The notes beneath the pieces were generated by a model that was not told the DNA's origin, did no database searches, and saw nothing but the letters and a program-made list of their open reading frames with translations. A DNA stretch of 63,960 nt, counting the filler, from Sphacelaria rigidula (Eukaryota), in the NCBI GenBank assembly GCA_964200075.2. It is 9 parts of 9 records of this genome, joined end to end, with 100 filler letters (N's around TTAATTAATTAA, not from the genome) between each part and the next. Parts side by side here need not be neighbours in the genome. Positions count along the whole stretch, not along the records: positions 7,120 to 14,137 come from CAXNAA020016930.1; positions 14,238 to 21,255 come from CAXNAA020016931.1; positions 21,356 to 28,373 come from CAXNAA020016932.1; 6 more parts are not named here. The stretch is one strand, 5' to 3'. Shown here piece by piece: positions 12,515-24,500 of the stretch (within the stretch, counting starts at the first letter, position 1; each line of letters begins with the position of its first letter). The translations under genes were made by a program, and so were the position numbers.

Positions 12515-12730
12515 TCTGCGGCCGCTCTGCGGTGCGGATGTTATTTTTCGAAACCTCACGTAGCGGAGCGGAGCGGATACCCGTCTGTGTGGGAAATACG
12601 GATTATGACGGAGCGGATATCCGCCGATGAAAATGTCACGGATTATTGCGGAGCGGATATCCGCCCACGAAAATGTCACGGTGCGGTGTGGAGTTTTCGA
12701 ATATGGTAATGAGCGGAGCGAAGCGGATAA
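12515..12730. repeat. Short tandem GCGGAGCGGATATCCGCC-type repeats (~40-bp unit)
   Basis: CGGATTAT..CGGAGCGGATATCCGCC..GAAAATGTCACGG occurs twice, plus partial copies. Confidence 0.7.
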
Positions 12731-13554
12731 ATGAGAAAAAGGAGAGCGGGGAATGGTAGAAATGTAGACAAAGAGAAGAAGGAAAATACTGGAAAATAAT
12801 GAAAAACAGAGTGGCTAAAGAAAAGGAGGTGGTGAAATTAGGGGAAAAGACACAAGCTTCGGTATACCATGTCTACATCCATTAACAGCCTGGATTGGCT
12901 TTGAGGTTTAACATTTGGGTGAGGTTCAACGGACCACCGAAAGTCCATTTGCTTTGTCCAAAAGGCTCGGGATTCGCAACCGGTTTCGACCATGTAACCC
13001 TAACTCAGACGTTTCTGCACGGCAGGGCAAGCATGATGATGAGCAGTCTAACAGAAAAACCGCCGCTATCGATTGTGCGGTATCTTTTTTCGAGCAGGAC
13101 CTGAGTCTAAGCGCTACGGAACACGTAACAAAGCATGCTGAAAACACACTTCTTTGGACTAGTCATCGAGATGTCGAGCGCCTCTTGTTGAGTATCTGAG
13201 AGAGACTTCATACTGTTGCGCCGGCGACGACTGCCGTCAGCGACGCGATCCAATGCGGCGACAGACGCCAGCGATCTTCGAAACGCAGCATCATTCAGCA
13301 GTCTGCTGAGGAATACCAGCACACCAGAGTACAGCACCACTACAGTACAGTCGTTAGTTGGATCAAATGGATGCCCCACAATAAAGCTGCAGACACACAC
13401 AACGGGGGTAAGGGTTAGTCCCACGCTTGGGGCTGTTTCGCAAGTAGTGCCCATGCGAGGCGCTTCATCCAGTCTGAACCAGCTATCACGCCTCGTATGG
13501 CCACTTCCGCCGTGGCTGTGTTGAGAACCGGCTTCGCGCGAGGCTGTTGAACAA

Positions 13555-14069
13555 TACTAATGTAGTACAACGCCCTTGCAAAATCCGGGCCGTTTCTTTA
13601 AGTTTAGAACCCGCATCAGCTGTAGTTTAAATATTCCTCCTGACGGTCCCAAACGGGGTCTGAACTAGCTTCGGAAAGTGCTGGCACCCTCCCGCTCAGG
13701 TAGGACTTTATGACAACTGTGGGAGGTATTTCGGAAAAATCGCTCGGAATGCAACATGTAGAATAGTTTTCAGGGGTATCGTAGTACACCTTTTCCTGTT
13801 CAAAATCGAAATTTCCTTGCTTGAACGCTTCATACCCGTTACAATGAACGACTGCTTTCCAAGGAAAACATACGTTCCCTGGTGTCCAATCCCAAGTCTG
13901 CGAGTTTGTCGCACAATCCTACCTGAGGGGAAGGGTGCCAGCGCTTTCCGTCGCTAGTTCAGATCCCCTTTGGGACCGACAGGAGGGATATTTAAACTAC
14001 AGCTGATGCGGGTTCTAAATTTAAAAAAATGGCTTGGGTTTTGCAAGCGCGTTGCACTACATTATAGTA
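13555..14069. mobile_element. Foldback/MITE with ~150-bp terminal inverted repeats
   Basis: 13555-13705 (TACTAATGTAGT...CTCAGGTAGGA) is an imperfect reverse complement of 13917-14069 (TCCTACCTGAG...ACTACATTATAGTA). Confidence 0.85.
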
Positions 14070-15148
14070 GTCAGCGTCAGCAGTTTTCAGAATTCGTAGA
14101 TGTCCTTTTGTCTGAGTTTTTCTGGAGTACCGTTCTTNNNNNNNNNNNNNNNNNNNNNNNNNNNNNNNNNNNNNNNNNNNNTTAATTAATTAANNNNNNN
14201 NNNNNNNNNNNNNNNNNNNNNNNNNNNNNNNNNNNNNGTTGGCAGTGATATTCCCCCACCACGTCACTGACGAGCAACTTGACGCCCGAGATTTTTGTCT
14301 GGGCACGAGCCTCGAGACAAACAACAGTGAAAACATCGTCGACAATCGAACAAACGTTGTTACGCTCTGTTGCCCGCGGCTAACCAGGGATGGGCGGCAT
14401 GTGAAACCACGGACGCACTTCCTACTCCTCCCAGAAATCGCACATCAGCAATGTCGTGCGGTACTCCTGAGGGCTTTTGATCATCCAACGGCTAGGGTCT
14501 TCAAACCTCATTTCATTGATCAGCCTTATTTTATAGAATCCCCTGTTACGTGTTGCATTGCATCTTTCTCCTTCCGCTGCTGTACCTATCGTTACTTTCT
14601 AAATGGATACAAGTGTTGGAAGAACAGCAGGGAACGCCGCAACTGCGGCTGCCAAATACATGAAAGGCCAAGCTCAAGCTGCAGAAAAAAGGTAACCACA
14701 CCTCAACAGACATTTTGTTTACCGCATCATCTTCATGTCCTGCTCCTAGTAATTGAATTTACTTTACGATTCGACAATTCTAATATGGTCATTCAGCAAA
14801 ATTTGCTTTCTACGTACAATCTTTTTTCTTACTCCGACTCTAAGGCTGCTTCCTAGAATAAACAAGAATCACCCTCAAAAAAATGTTTTTGTACATTTTT
14901 GGTCCAGACAAAAAGGTGACGGAATTTCTGTTCGACCACTTCTTACAGCAACAAGAAATAAAAAGACAGAGTTGCAGCGTCTTGGACAGGCGTTTCTAGC
15001 TGAGATTCAAATTTGAAATAGGTCATCCGCTGCACGACGAAGCAAGCCACAACAGCCTGCCGCACACATGCTCATTCACCACCGACGACGCACACCACAG
15101 CCCACAGCACCTCATCCACAAGCAAGCACCACCACTACCAAAGAAGAG

Positions 15149-15455
15149 ATGGCGGCAATCATTCTACCCTACTCAAGTCTGGTTCAGTGGGCATACGACA
15201 GGGTACACGCGTGTCACGGCAACACGATCAACCCTCACGTCCTCAAGGCGCACCAGGGCGTCGCGACCACCTACAGCGCGCTGGCTGTGAAAAACAGCGC
15301 GACTACGATGAGTGCAGTCAATCGCAACGATCAGGCGACGCACACGTATATGAACTGTGCGGCGGAGGGCTACATCAAGTGGCTCGACGCCCAGGGCATT
15401 CCAAAGCCGTACGGGCTTCACGTCGAGACAATGCGCCATACTATGCTCGGCTCCG
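15149..15455 (+). CDS. Unidentified coding exon (possible first exon of an orphan or TE gene)
   Basis: ATGGCG start, GC3-rich codons, MAAIILPYSSLVQWAYDRVH...MRHTMLGS, ending at a canonical G|GTGAGT donor (15456). No family recognised. Confidence 0.4.
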
Positions 15456-16821
15456 GTGAGTGTTTGGATTTGTGCCCACACCCATGTTGGTTGTTGAATG
15501 CCGATCGCCACCGCCTGCTACGCGGCAACACATCGAGAAAGTACGCATAATCCCGAGCACGATCTTGTCGGCGGGGCACTCTGCCGGGGAGGTGACCGAT
15601 CTGCACTCGTGACACTACGGAGTGACTTTTGAATTGGACCGCAACAGTAGGATTTCTAATACGCGGGATAATCTCGGATATTACTTGAGAACAGTATCGG
15701 GGTCGGCGTAGTCGCCGCGCAAGTGAATAAAGGATAGTATTACGTACACACTTCGGGAGGAACCTAGAAGCGCCAATGAAATGCGACCTTCATGTCAATG
15801 AAGTAGTACAGTATGCTGGTGATTGGCTCGAAGACTCGAGTCACACCTATAGGGTACGTTCTACAGTACAGGAGCCGACAGTACAGTAGCGCCGGGGCGG
15901 ATACAACAGCAGCAGAGAAACGCAGCCGCAAGCACACGAGCAGACAGCGGGTGTCACATTGCCCCCGCAGGGGATCATTGCGCTGCTCGCGTATCTGTAT
16001 ATCTTCACTTCAGTATCGCTCGTCGTGTCTTTCCGTCGCCGCCACCGCTGGTGCCGACGCCAGCTGCTGCGGCCGCTACGATGACGGGTGCAAGCAGTAC
16101 CTTGGCTTTTGTTCCCAGTTCTTCGCCTGATTTTAAACGAAGCCTTAGTGTTTGCCGGGGGCCGATCTTGAACGCTCGGCCGTAATCGCCTTTCGCGCAA
16201 AACAAGTAAGTCGCCGCAGAATCATCCCAGTATTACCAGTCAGAGGCCGGCCTGAGCAGATCGCGCTTGGAGGAAAAAACACCGACGCAATTATCGAAAT
16301 CGCCGTGCAAGCGATGGCATCCTGAACTCTCGTCCCTCGCGCATCCACGTGTACAGGCAAGGAACCGCAGACCAGGACTTTTACCGACACAGCTTCCGCC
16401 GTTTGGAGTCGGTGGGAAACCATCAAGAAGGAGGTCACACGGGACCCAGTCGCCGCCATTGGCAGGTGAGGATAAGCGATGTTTTCGTGAGATTGGGAGA
16501 AGAGGATACGAGAGTGAGAAGCGGTCAATCAACGAATGAATCAATTCGGTTCCGAAACGCCCCGCGATGCCCGATACGCTTTCTGAAGTAGCTTCTCGCC
16601 GACGCCCTGGATCCCTCTCAGTAGGATGTCGCCATGTAGCTATACACACACGCCAGTGTTACAGGCAAAGACAAGCACGCGCGGAATGTAAAAGTGGTCA
16701 AGTAAAGTGAATGATAAAACCCACTCTCAAACAACGTTCTACTCTCCATCTCAGAACACATGATTGATTTTTGAGTTCGCAAATTCGAAGTTTATTCGGT
16801 GGGCGTAGGTGGCCAACGGTA

Positions 16822-16985
16822 GTGTCGATTGATTGGTTGATAGTCGCACTGTACCTGACCCCCCAGGGGTCCAGTCGTGGTCTCATGATAGATGTGCGCA
16901 ACAGAAACGAAACTGAAACACGCTCTGAGGAAGAACAAAGAAGCCCCACGAAAAAGAAAGGAAAAAGAAAGAGGGGTCGAACAGA
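16822..16985 (-). mobile_element. Non-LTR/SINE 3' end with (AATC)n tail
   Basis: The reverse complement reads GAGACCACGACTGGACCCCTGGGGGGTCAGGTACAGTGCGACTATCAACCAATCAATC, nearly identical to 45060-45126. Confidence 0.7.
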
Positions 16986-17431
16986 ACGATATAGTAGACT
17001 GAGTCGTGACAAAAAAGTATGTTCGCACCTTACCCCAGAGGGTGGCGTTCAGCGGCGATGCTGTCGTGAGAATGTACGAAGGAAGACACAGTTCGAACAA
17101 AGGCTTTGTGTACACGACGTCGTGAACGGTGTGCCCGAAAGCCGTTTCGTCGCGGACGATACGCCGCAGCACAGTACAATGACGGCACCACGGTTCCAAG
17201 CATTAACCCCGGGCTGCGGGAAAACACCAGGCGGGAGCGGAGGCCGCTGACAGGGTCTAACCCCACCGTGGCGGTTTGCTCCCGGTATTATTTTGTCACG
17301 GGCCGCTCGGTGCTCATTTTTTCCCGCGAAGCACAGACGTGCTGCTACCTTCCCAACCTATTGTATATACACTTGACCGCTGACTGTGCGTTTGACTGAC
17401 GCCGCTGTCGTTGCCGTGTTCTCTCATGCAG

Positions 17432-18600
17432 CGAAGTAAAGGTGAATGACAAACTTCCATCGGGCCAACAACTGCCGGATCTCATGGAGCGCCTCATGGT
17501 GCACGTCTGGGCGGTGGCGCAGAAGAAAAAGATGGAGGATCGGAAGAAGCGGCAATCGCAAAAAACCGTGGTGAAAAAATGTGACTCCAAAGACAACTCG
17601 TCAAAGGGCGGCCGGGACGCGAATCGGGGCGGGACAACCGACGGCGGGGCATGTGCGATGCCCGAGAACTGGGTGCCCCCCCATCTACTCGTCTATGCCG
17701 TGTGGGGTCCACAGAGTGCGGTCCCTGAGCAGGAATTCAACCTGCTGGCCTCCAGTGGGCCCGATAAGAAAAAGCGGCGAGTCGCTACCTCGACCGAAGC
17801 TAACACCCACGCGGAGGGAGACAGCGCCGACGATCCGCTGGTGAGTGTGGTTGAGTCGCCAGAGGCAATGAAGAAGCTCAACGATGACGGCGGCATGATT
17901 AGCCGCCGAAGCCTGTTGAAGGCGAAGAAGGAGAAAAGCGCGGAGGAAACAAAGCGCGTCGCCAATCGCGCCGCACAGCGCGAAAAAAACATATCCGCAA
18001 TGCACGGGTGTGTGGAACAAGCGTCGCAACGTCGGGTACAGGTTGCCAGAGTGGCGGCAGTGAAGGAGCGTCAACAAAAGGTGCGCATGCTGCGTGACAG
18101 CATATCTGTGCTGAAAGAGCTGGGGAGATCCGCCGAGGCTACGGAAAAGATGGAAGAGCTGCTGCTGCTTCTAACCAGTGCCTCAGCCGAGAACTCTTCA
18201 CCCGCTTCTACCGAGACCGATGGAATTCCGGCGAAGTCCACGCTCGAACCGCTCGGACCACCCACCGAGACCTAAGGCATTGCGGCGAAGTCCACGCTCG
18301 AATCGTCCGGGCCACCCACCGAGACCGAAGAGATTGCGGCAAAGTCCACGCTCGAATCGCCCGAGCCACCCGCCGCCACCGACAGGACGGATACTCTATC
18401 GACCTCGGATGCGAGCGAGCTTCTGATTGACGGCGACGGCTCTGGGGAGTCTCAGTGTCCGCGCGGGGGTAGTTCGAGCACACGCGTCGGGGTTGAAGGG
18501 GGGGGGGGGAAGGGCAAGGGCATGCGCAGGAGTGGGCCGCGACGGATGTCCGCCATCGGAGGGACAACGCAGACTTCATCAACGTTGCCTAAATTTTGCC
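17432..18600 (+). pseudogene. Basic/coiled-coil ORF, possibly a DNA-transposon accessory protein; premature stop within a 54-bp tandem repeat
   Basis: ORF 17442-18275 follows a TCATGCAG acceptor. There are three 54-bp units starting at 18210, 18264 and 18318. Unit 2 has TAA where unit 3 has GAA, and the frame stays open afterwards. Confidence 0.45.
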
Positions 18601-19339
18601 GCACGAGGGGTTGCGGTTGTACGTCACTTGACTCAGTTTGTCTACGCATATATTTTTCTTCGACTTTTGTCTTGGACCTCGTCTCGGTGCTGGCTGCGAT
18701 TGTTTTCGAATCCATTTGCTTCTTCATGTTTTCTTTTGTAATGGTTCAACATTTTATCCCGACCTCTGATTTGTCGACTATGAAGCGACTGAGCGAAGTT
18801 GGGTGGGGTCCTCGGGGGTCGGTTGATGTGCGAGAATAAAATCGCGGAAGAAACGAGATATTTGTGCAAGCGATCGGCAAAGCGTTTGTTCCTTCGTTTT
18901 TGCTCCACGGCAGTTCCTAGCCGGATGTTTATTCCCCTTTGTTGTTCTTGAAATCTGACCGCATTCGATTCCTATTGTGTGCTATTTTGTTTCCATTCAT
19001 CTTGAGCGTGCACACCCATGTTGTTGACGCCAACGGCGATGTAGCGGAGATGGGTGGGGCCGCCGAGACTCCGTCAATATGCGACACAAAATTTCCCATA
19101 ACTACGCATCCCAGGCATAGTATGTGTCGACTCTGCGCGAGGCCGAAACATCGCAACCTACCCATCATATGCCCCCAAAGATCGGACAGACTGGAGATGC
19201 CCTTCGCATCGTGCCGAAGTCATCTCGCAAAGGCCGGCCGTCTCTTTCCTTTTCTCATGACTCAGTCCGAGGGTCTGTCGAGACACAAACAATTCGGACA
19301 CGAAGCCCTTCCCCCCCCCCCCCCCCACCGGAGGTAGTT

Positions 19340-19880
19340 TTACTACAAATTGGCCATGATGGTTTGTGTTGTGTTGTTTTGTGGTTTTCTACATTTGTTC
19401 TGTTGAAGTTGTTAAAAAAATCGATGAACACCGACAAAGACCGAAAAGACTGGCGGGCTTTGCAGGGTACGTATAATCGCTTCTGCTCCTTGCCCTCTCT
19501 GTCCCGATGTTCTCGGACGGCGACAACGCTCACCCACATACGTCTACGTACAATCCATGGGCGCACGGTAGCGACAGCGTGTGGTCGATGTAGCAATATT
19601 ACCTCACCCCTCGCCAAATTTGCCCGGACTACTAGTGGTAGGAGGTTGTCGAGGCACACGACACGGAATATGATCTCATGAATGTAATCATGGCAGGTGA
19701 AGAATTTGGAGGGGCGGTGTGTCCGTTATTTCAGCAGTCTCAGTGCCAAGCTCTGTACATGGTAGCTGATCGCATTCGACACCGCCCTGGCGATAAACTA
19801 GGGGACAGCAGGCTGGGTGCGCCCCCCCCGCGCTCAAAATTTCTTTTGGTCTGCCTGGAGTAGTGTCGAATCCGATCTTG
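19340..19880 (+). repeat. Dispersed repeat; inverted copy at ~63334-63930
   Basis: Shared sequence includes GCCAAATTTGCCCGGACTA, AATGTAATCATGG.AGGTGA, GGAGGGGCGGTGTGTCCGT and AGCTGATCGCAT. Confidence 0.8.
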
Positions 19881-20040
19881 ATTCTCCAATATGTTTACAC
19901 AACGAGCGATGACTCGACTGCTCGCCCTACTAATGTTTTTACAACGGGTACCTTTGCCACCGCAGCCATGTGGCGGAGGCCGGCAACTTCTGTATTTTTT
20001 CTCGGTCTACTACTCTGTTCGGTCTGTCGTACTAACCCGA

Positions 20041-20400
20041 AGGCCCCGGTGGCTCACTGGTAACGTCGAAACCCTCTGACGGCTGGGTCGCGGGTTCAAA
20101 TCTCTGAGTGATCTGGGATTTTTACACCATGCCCAAGAGTGGACAGTGACTATGTCGTGGGTACACAAAAACCGACTTGACGGTCGACGAGGGAAAGGGA
20201 CTGCTGAACCCCTCTCGCGATAAAAAAATAGAGGCGGGCACCGCAGAAGGAACGTCGGGTATTAAAAACAAACACGAAATAAAAATCTCCCGTATTGACC
20301 TTCTTGTGTGACCCCCGCTGGTGCGCCCACATATATCGAAAGGCGTAGACCGGCGTCCAGAATAGAGGGGACGGCAACACAACACACGCACACACACACA
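20041..20400 (+). mobile_element. tRNA-derived SINE with (CA)n tail
   Basis: A box TGGCTCACTGG (20050) and B box GGTTCAAATC (20093). The body is collinear with the reverse complement of 23822-24105. Confidence 0.75.
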
Positions 20401-20710
20401 ACGAGCAATGACTCGAGTGCTCGCCCTATTTTTTTTTTCCACAACAAGCAATGACTCGATTGCTCGTCGTTTTTTGTTTTCTACACAACAATCAATGATC
20501 CGAGTGCTCGCCCTTTTATGTTTTTCCCACAACGAGCAATGACTCGAGTGCCCGCCCTTATTTTTTTTCCACAACGAGCAATGACTCGAGTGCTCGCCCT
20601 ATTTTTGTTCCCAACAAGCAATGACCTGAGCGCCCGCCCTATTATTTTTTTCACACAACGAGCAATGGCTCGAGTGACCGCCCTAATAATGTTTACGGCC
20701 AACGAGCATG
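20397..20710. repeat. Minisatellite, ~7 units of 42-44 bp (ACAACGAGCAATGACTCGAGTGCTCGCCCT plus T-run)
   Basis: Units are directly visible. One more unit lies at ~19899. Confidence 0.9.
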
Positions 20711-21573
20711 CGCGTAAATGCTTTGCCGCGCAAATACTTTGGCGCATGCACGTAGGAACGGTGTGCGAGATGTACCCGAGGCCTTCACCCGACAGCGGTG
20801 GGGTAAAACCGCTGCAATTGCTTTCAGTATGGCCCCATCCAGAGACATCATACTGGGGGGCGCGAAAAAAAACAGTGAGAGCAGTCAATTTTGTTTTAGT
20901 ATCCAACGGGAGTCAGAGTAATTGCGCGCCTACATGAAAAGCAAGAAGAACTCTGGCCTTCCACACAGCGATCGCACGGCCCGCCTAGATTCGCACGTTT
21001 ACGGTATACGTCTTGCAACAGTGAAACCCCACCAATTCCTCTTCCCCCCAACTCAAACACCGGTACCGGCAGCTCCTCGTTCAGACCCCGTCGCGACCCA
21101 CACAACATCGTATCTGTCGGCAACGAACAATAGTTTCACCAATGAATGGAATAACCGGAGTATATAGTTCCACTCGCGCATACTGTACCATCCTATGGGA
21201 CATTTCACAACAAGTACGGCAAAAATACACTACTTCAGCGTTTCGCCCCAATGAGNNNNNNNNNNNNNNNNNNNNNNNNNNNNNNNNNNNNNNNNNNNNT
21301 TAATTAATTAANNNNNNNNNNNNNNNNNNNNNNNNNNNNNNNNNNNNNNNNNNNNAACATGGAGAATAAGAACTTGTGCTCGGGTTGGGGCAGCCAACAA
21401 GAACTGAGCCTCGCTCAAAATAAGGTATTCTTAAGTGGTGACCGCCTCTGTATGTGTCGTCCGAAGCCTCTGCGAGACGAATCGCTTTGTGTGAATCCGC
21501 TCCCCTTCCCACCCCGACCGCGCCGCTGATTTTGCCGTCGTGATTTCTGTGATATCCACGTTACGCTCTAAAG

Positions 21574-24500
21574 TACAACTCCAAGGTTCGTCTTGGTCGC
21601 GGATTCAACATCGAGGAGCTCAAGGTCAGTTGATGAAAATTAATTGATCGGTTCATCAGTGCATTCTGTGCTACAGAGCTCATGTAGTTGGTTTTGTGTA
21701 TCCTTGACCCTTCGAGAAACGATGATGGTTAGGAAGGTGAGTACTGGGGTATGGATCCTTCCAAATACAGGGGTAGTAGACACTCGACACGAGGGCTTGA
21801 TCATGGAATCGTTTGCCAAGGTTGGATGGACTATTCATGCCATTGTTGGCGATGTCATTGTGTGCTTCTGCGTTGCCAACGGTAATCGGGATCTCCTGTA
21901 ACTCCGCATCCTCTGATAATTCCCCAAGTCCGGGTGGAGCATGGTGTCATTGTCCTCCTGCATGATTTTGCCGTGGCATTAATTTTGTCCTGCAAAGACA
22001 TCGTTCCTACACATGATGTTCATGTTAGCTTTTCGCTGTTTCGTTGCCTTGGCGACAACAGGAGGCGGGTATCTCGAAGAAGATGGCGCTCACCATCGGG
22101 ATCGCCGTGGATCACCGCCGCACCAGCAAGTCGGTGAGCATCTCCTCGGTGTACATTTTTCCTGGCCTGTGTGACCAACCAACAACTGTTGATTGTATGA
22201 TATAAGTCCGCACCCTCAGCTCCTCGCGATGGAGGGCCTTCGATTGCGGAGTCCTGGATCTATCCTGCAGAGCATTTATGGATCGAAATCGAGTTATGAT
22301 CGTTCGCACTTGCAGCACAGTTGGACCTACTCAACTGAAACCAGTTTCCTTGAGGTCTGGGGGTCGGACATTGACTGCTGTCACCCCAGAGCCGTCTTGA
22401 TCCGCTTGAGACTTGATTTACGTAACGAGCTGCACCAGCCTAGAAGCGGATTCAAGCTCTTGGCAATAGTTCGTGAACACAAACGAGTTGGGCCATGATA
22501 CGCATATCGGATGAACCGTGTAATTATGGGTGAAGATGCTTATCTGCTCAAAAGCCTGTGCCAGTGTTTTCTCGTTGCTTGTACCTTACGTCGAGTAATT
22601 CCTAAACCTGACGGCGATAGCGTCCACAACAAAATCTCCATGAAACCCCGATGGATACATTGAGCGGATGACGACGATTTTTGGTGTGAACCTTCCCTGG
22701 AGCACGGAGAGACGATACATACCCTCACCTTCACCTGGTTCGTAACCCACCTCGAGATATGGCAAACATGGGTTTCCATACTAAAGTTGATACATTACGA
22801 GCAGAGGCACTAGATGGACTAAATTTGAATTTCGGTTGTCAGAAGTTATGATACGAACTTTCGTATGGCGAACCGATCGTGCATGATATAGCTGAAAGAC
22901 AGTTTTTTTTTCTTCTTGTTTTCTCATTTTTTTTCCCGTTCGTGGGGCAGTTTTGAGAAAAAATGAACACTGCTCTCCGGCCTTATCTCGATTTCTCAGC
23001 TCATTTTTTTGAATCGTGATTCGACACTTGTGATGAGGACTCGCAAGGGTATTCTGACAAAAAATGGGCCCTCATTTTTTTTCACAAGAGGCTCGGGCGT
23101 TCTCGTGAAAAAATGGCCGTCTCCATACTAAAACGCCCCGAGCAGTAAGTTATGAAAAATCAACCGTACCCTTTTTGTTACGTCATTCATGCCCTGTTCA
23201 CGGCCCACAAAAAGTTTCAATACACGGACACCAGACGTGGGCCGGGCTGGGGCGATTAAGTATTGTTCGGAATTTTTTTGACCCCGTCGTTGAACGGCCC
23301 ATGAACCACCTAATATTTAGAGTTGAACCCTGAAGTTTTGAATGGACAATCGACAAGGCGTCATGAGAACAAATACCAGTGCACACGCGCTTTTTTTCAT
23401 GAGTTGAGGGCAACAGTACATTTTCAGGTATCGGTAGAATGCCCTCAACTCATGGAAGAAGAAAAACCCTTCTGTGGTCTGGTACTTGTTTTCATGATGT
23501 CCTATTCATTGTCCATACCAAATTTCAGGGTCCAACTCCAAATATTGGCCTGTCGAAGGGCCTCCAAGCTACAAATTCGTTTCTCGGCCAGCCCAGCCCG
23601 TGGCGTCATGTCCTTCGAACAAAGTAAAAAGTTCTGAGGGTGTGAACAATCCCGTTTTAGTGGAACGTGCTCTTCCTCGTTTGGATTCGACGCCGCACGC
23701 ACTGGCTTCGCCCACGATGAGCCCATGCTGGTATATTTATATGATGACACGAAGGAATAGGTCCATGTTCTACCCGTGTGCGAAAATTGAGAAACAACGA
23801 CCGCTTTGGAAGATAATATGCGTTGTCCTCTCATCTGTTCTGGATGCCCATCTACGCTTTTGGGTATATATGGGGTACCAGCCGGAGTGGGGTCGTGGAG
23901 GAGGGAGGCAAACATGAGAGTTTTTTCTTTGTTTTGTGTTGTTTTCGTACTCCTCCTTTCTTGTGCGGTGCTTGCCTAATATTCTTTTCATTGCGAGACG
24001 GGTTCAGCAGCATTAAGTCGGATTTTGTATACCGACGACCTCGTCGCACTCTGCTGTTGGGCATGGGAAAGGAACCCACATCGCTTCGAGATTCGAACCT
24101 ACGAGCCAACTGTCTGCCCCGTGCTTTCGTTGATGACGAAATACCCCCATGAAATGCAGGAGAAGACGTTTCAGGATAACGTTGCGCGACTAAAGGAGTA
24201 CCGCGCGAAACTCATCATCTTCCCTCGCGGTCCCAAGAACGCGCCGAAGAATGGTGACAGCTCTGTCGAGGAACAAGCCGCCGCTGCCCAGGTACGGGGA
24301 GCAGGGATGCGTCTTTTTCACAAGGATGGACATCTTTCTTTGCTTAAAATCCAGCTCCTGCACGTAGTGTGAAGTAAGCAGCCTCGGGGGTTTCGGTGTT
24401 ATGTTCCTGACTTGCTCTCACTTACTTGTCCTGTCGGTTGTGTTATCCTGACGCTTTGCCTGTGTCCAGGTCACCGGCGTCACCATGCCACTCGTCAAGG

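Noticed and set aside
10860-13540. Coding-looking minus-strand fragments (possible Mutator-like or other transposase)
   Set aside because: Too degenerate; no motif I can assign with confidence.
20041-20115. tRNA gene (also 5360-5430, ~24090 and ~47290)
   Set aside because: A/B boxes are present but there is no cloverleaf, and the sequences continue into repeat bodies with tails. They are SINE heads.
23030-23057. C box GTGATGA ... D box CTGA in an RPL13 intron
   Set aside because: Only 28 nt long and inside a dispersed repeat whose other copy lacks the C box.
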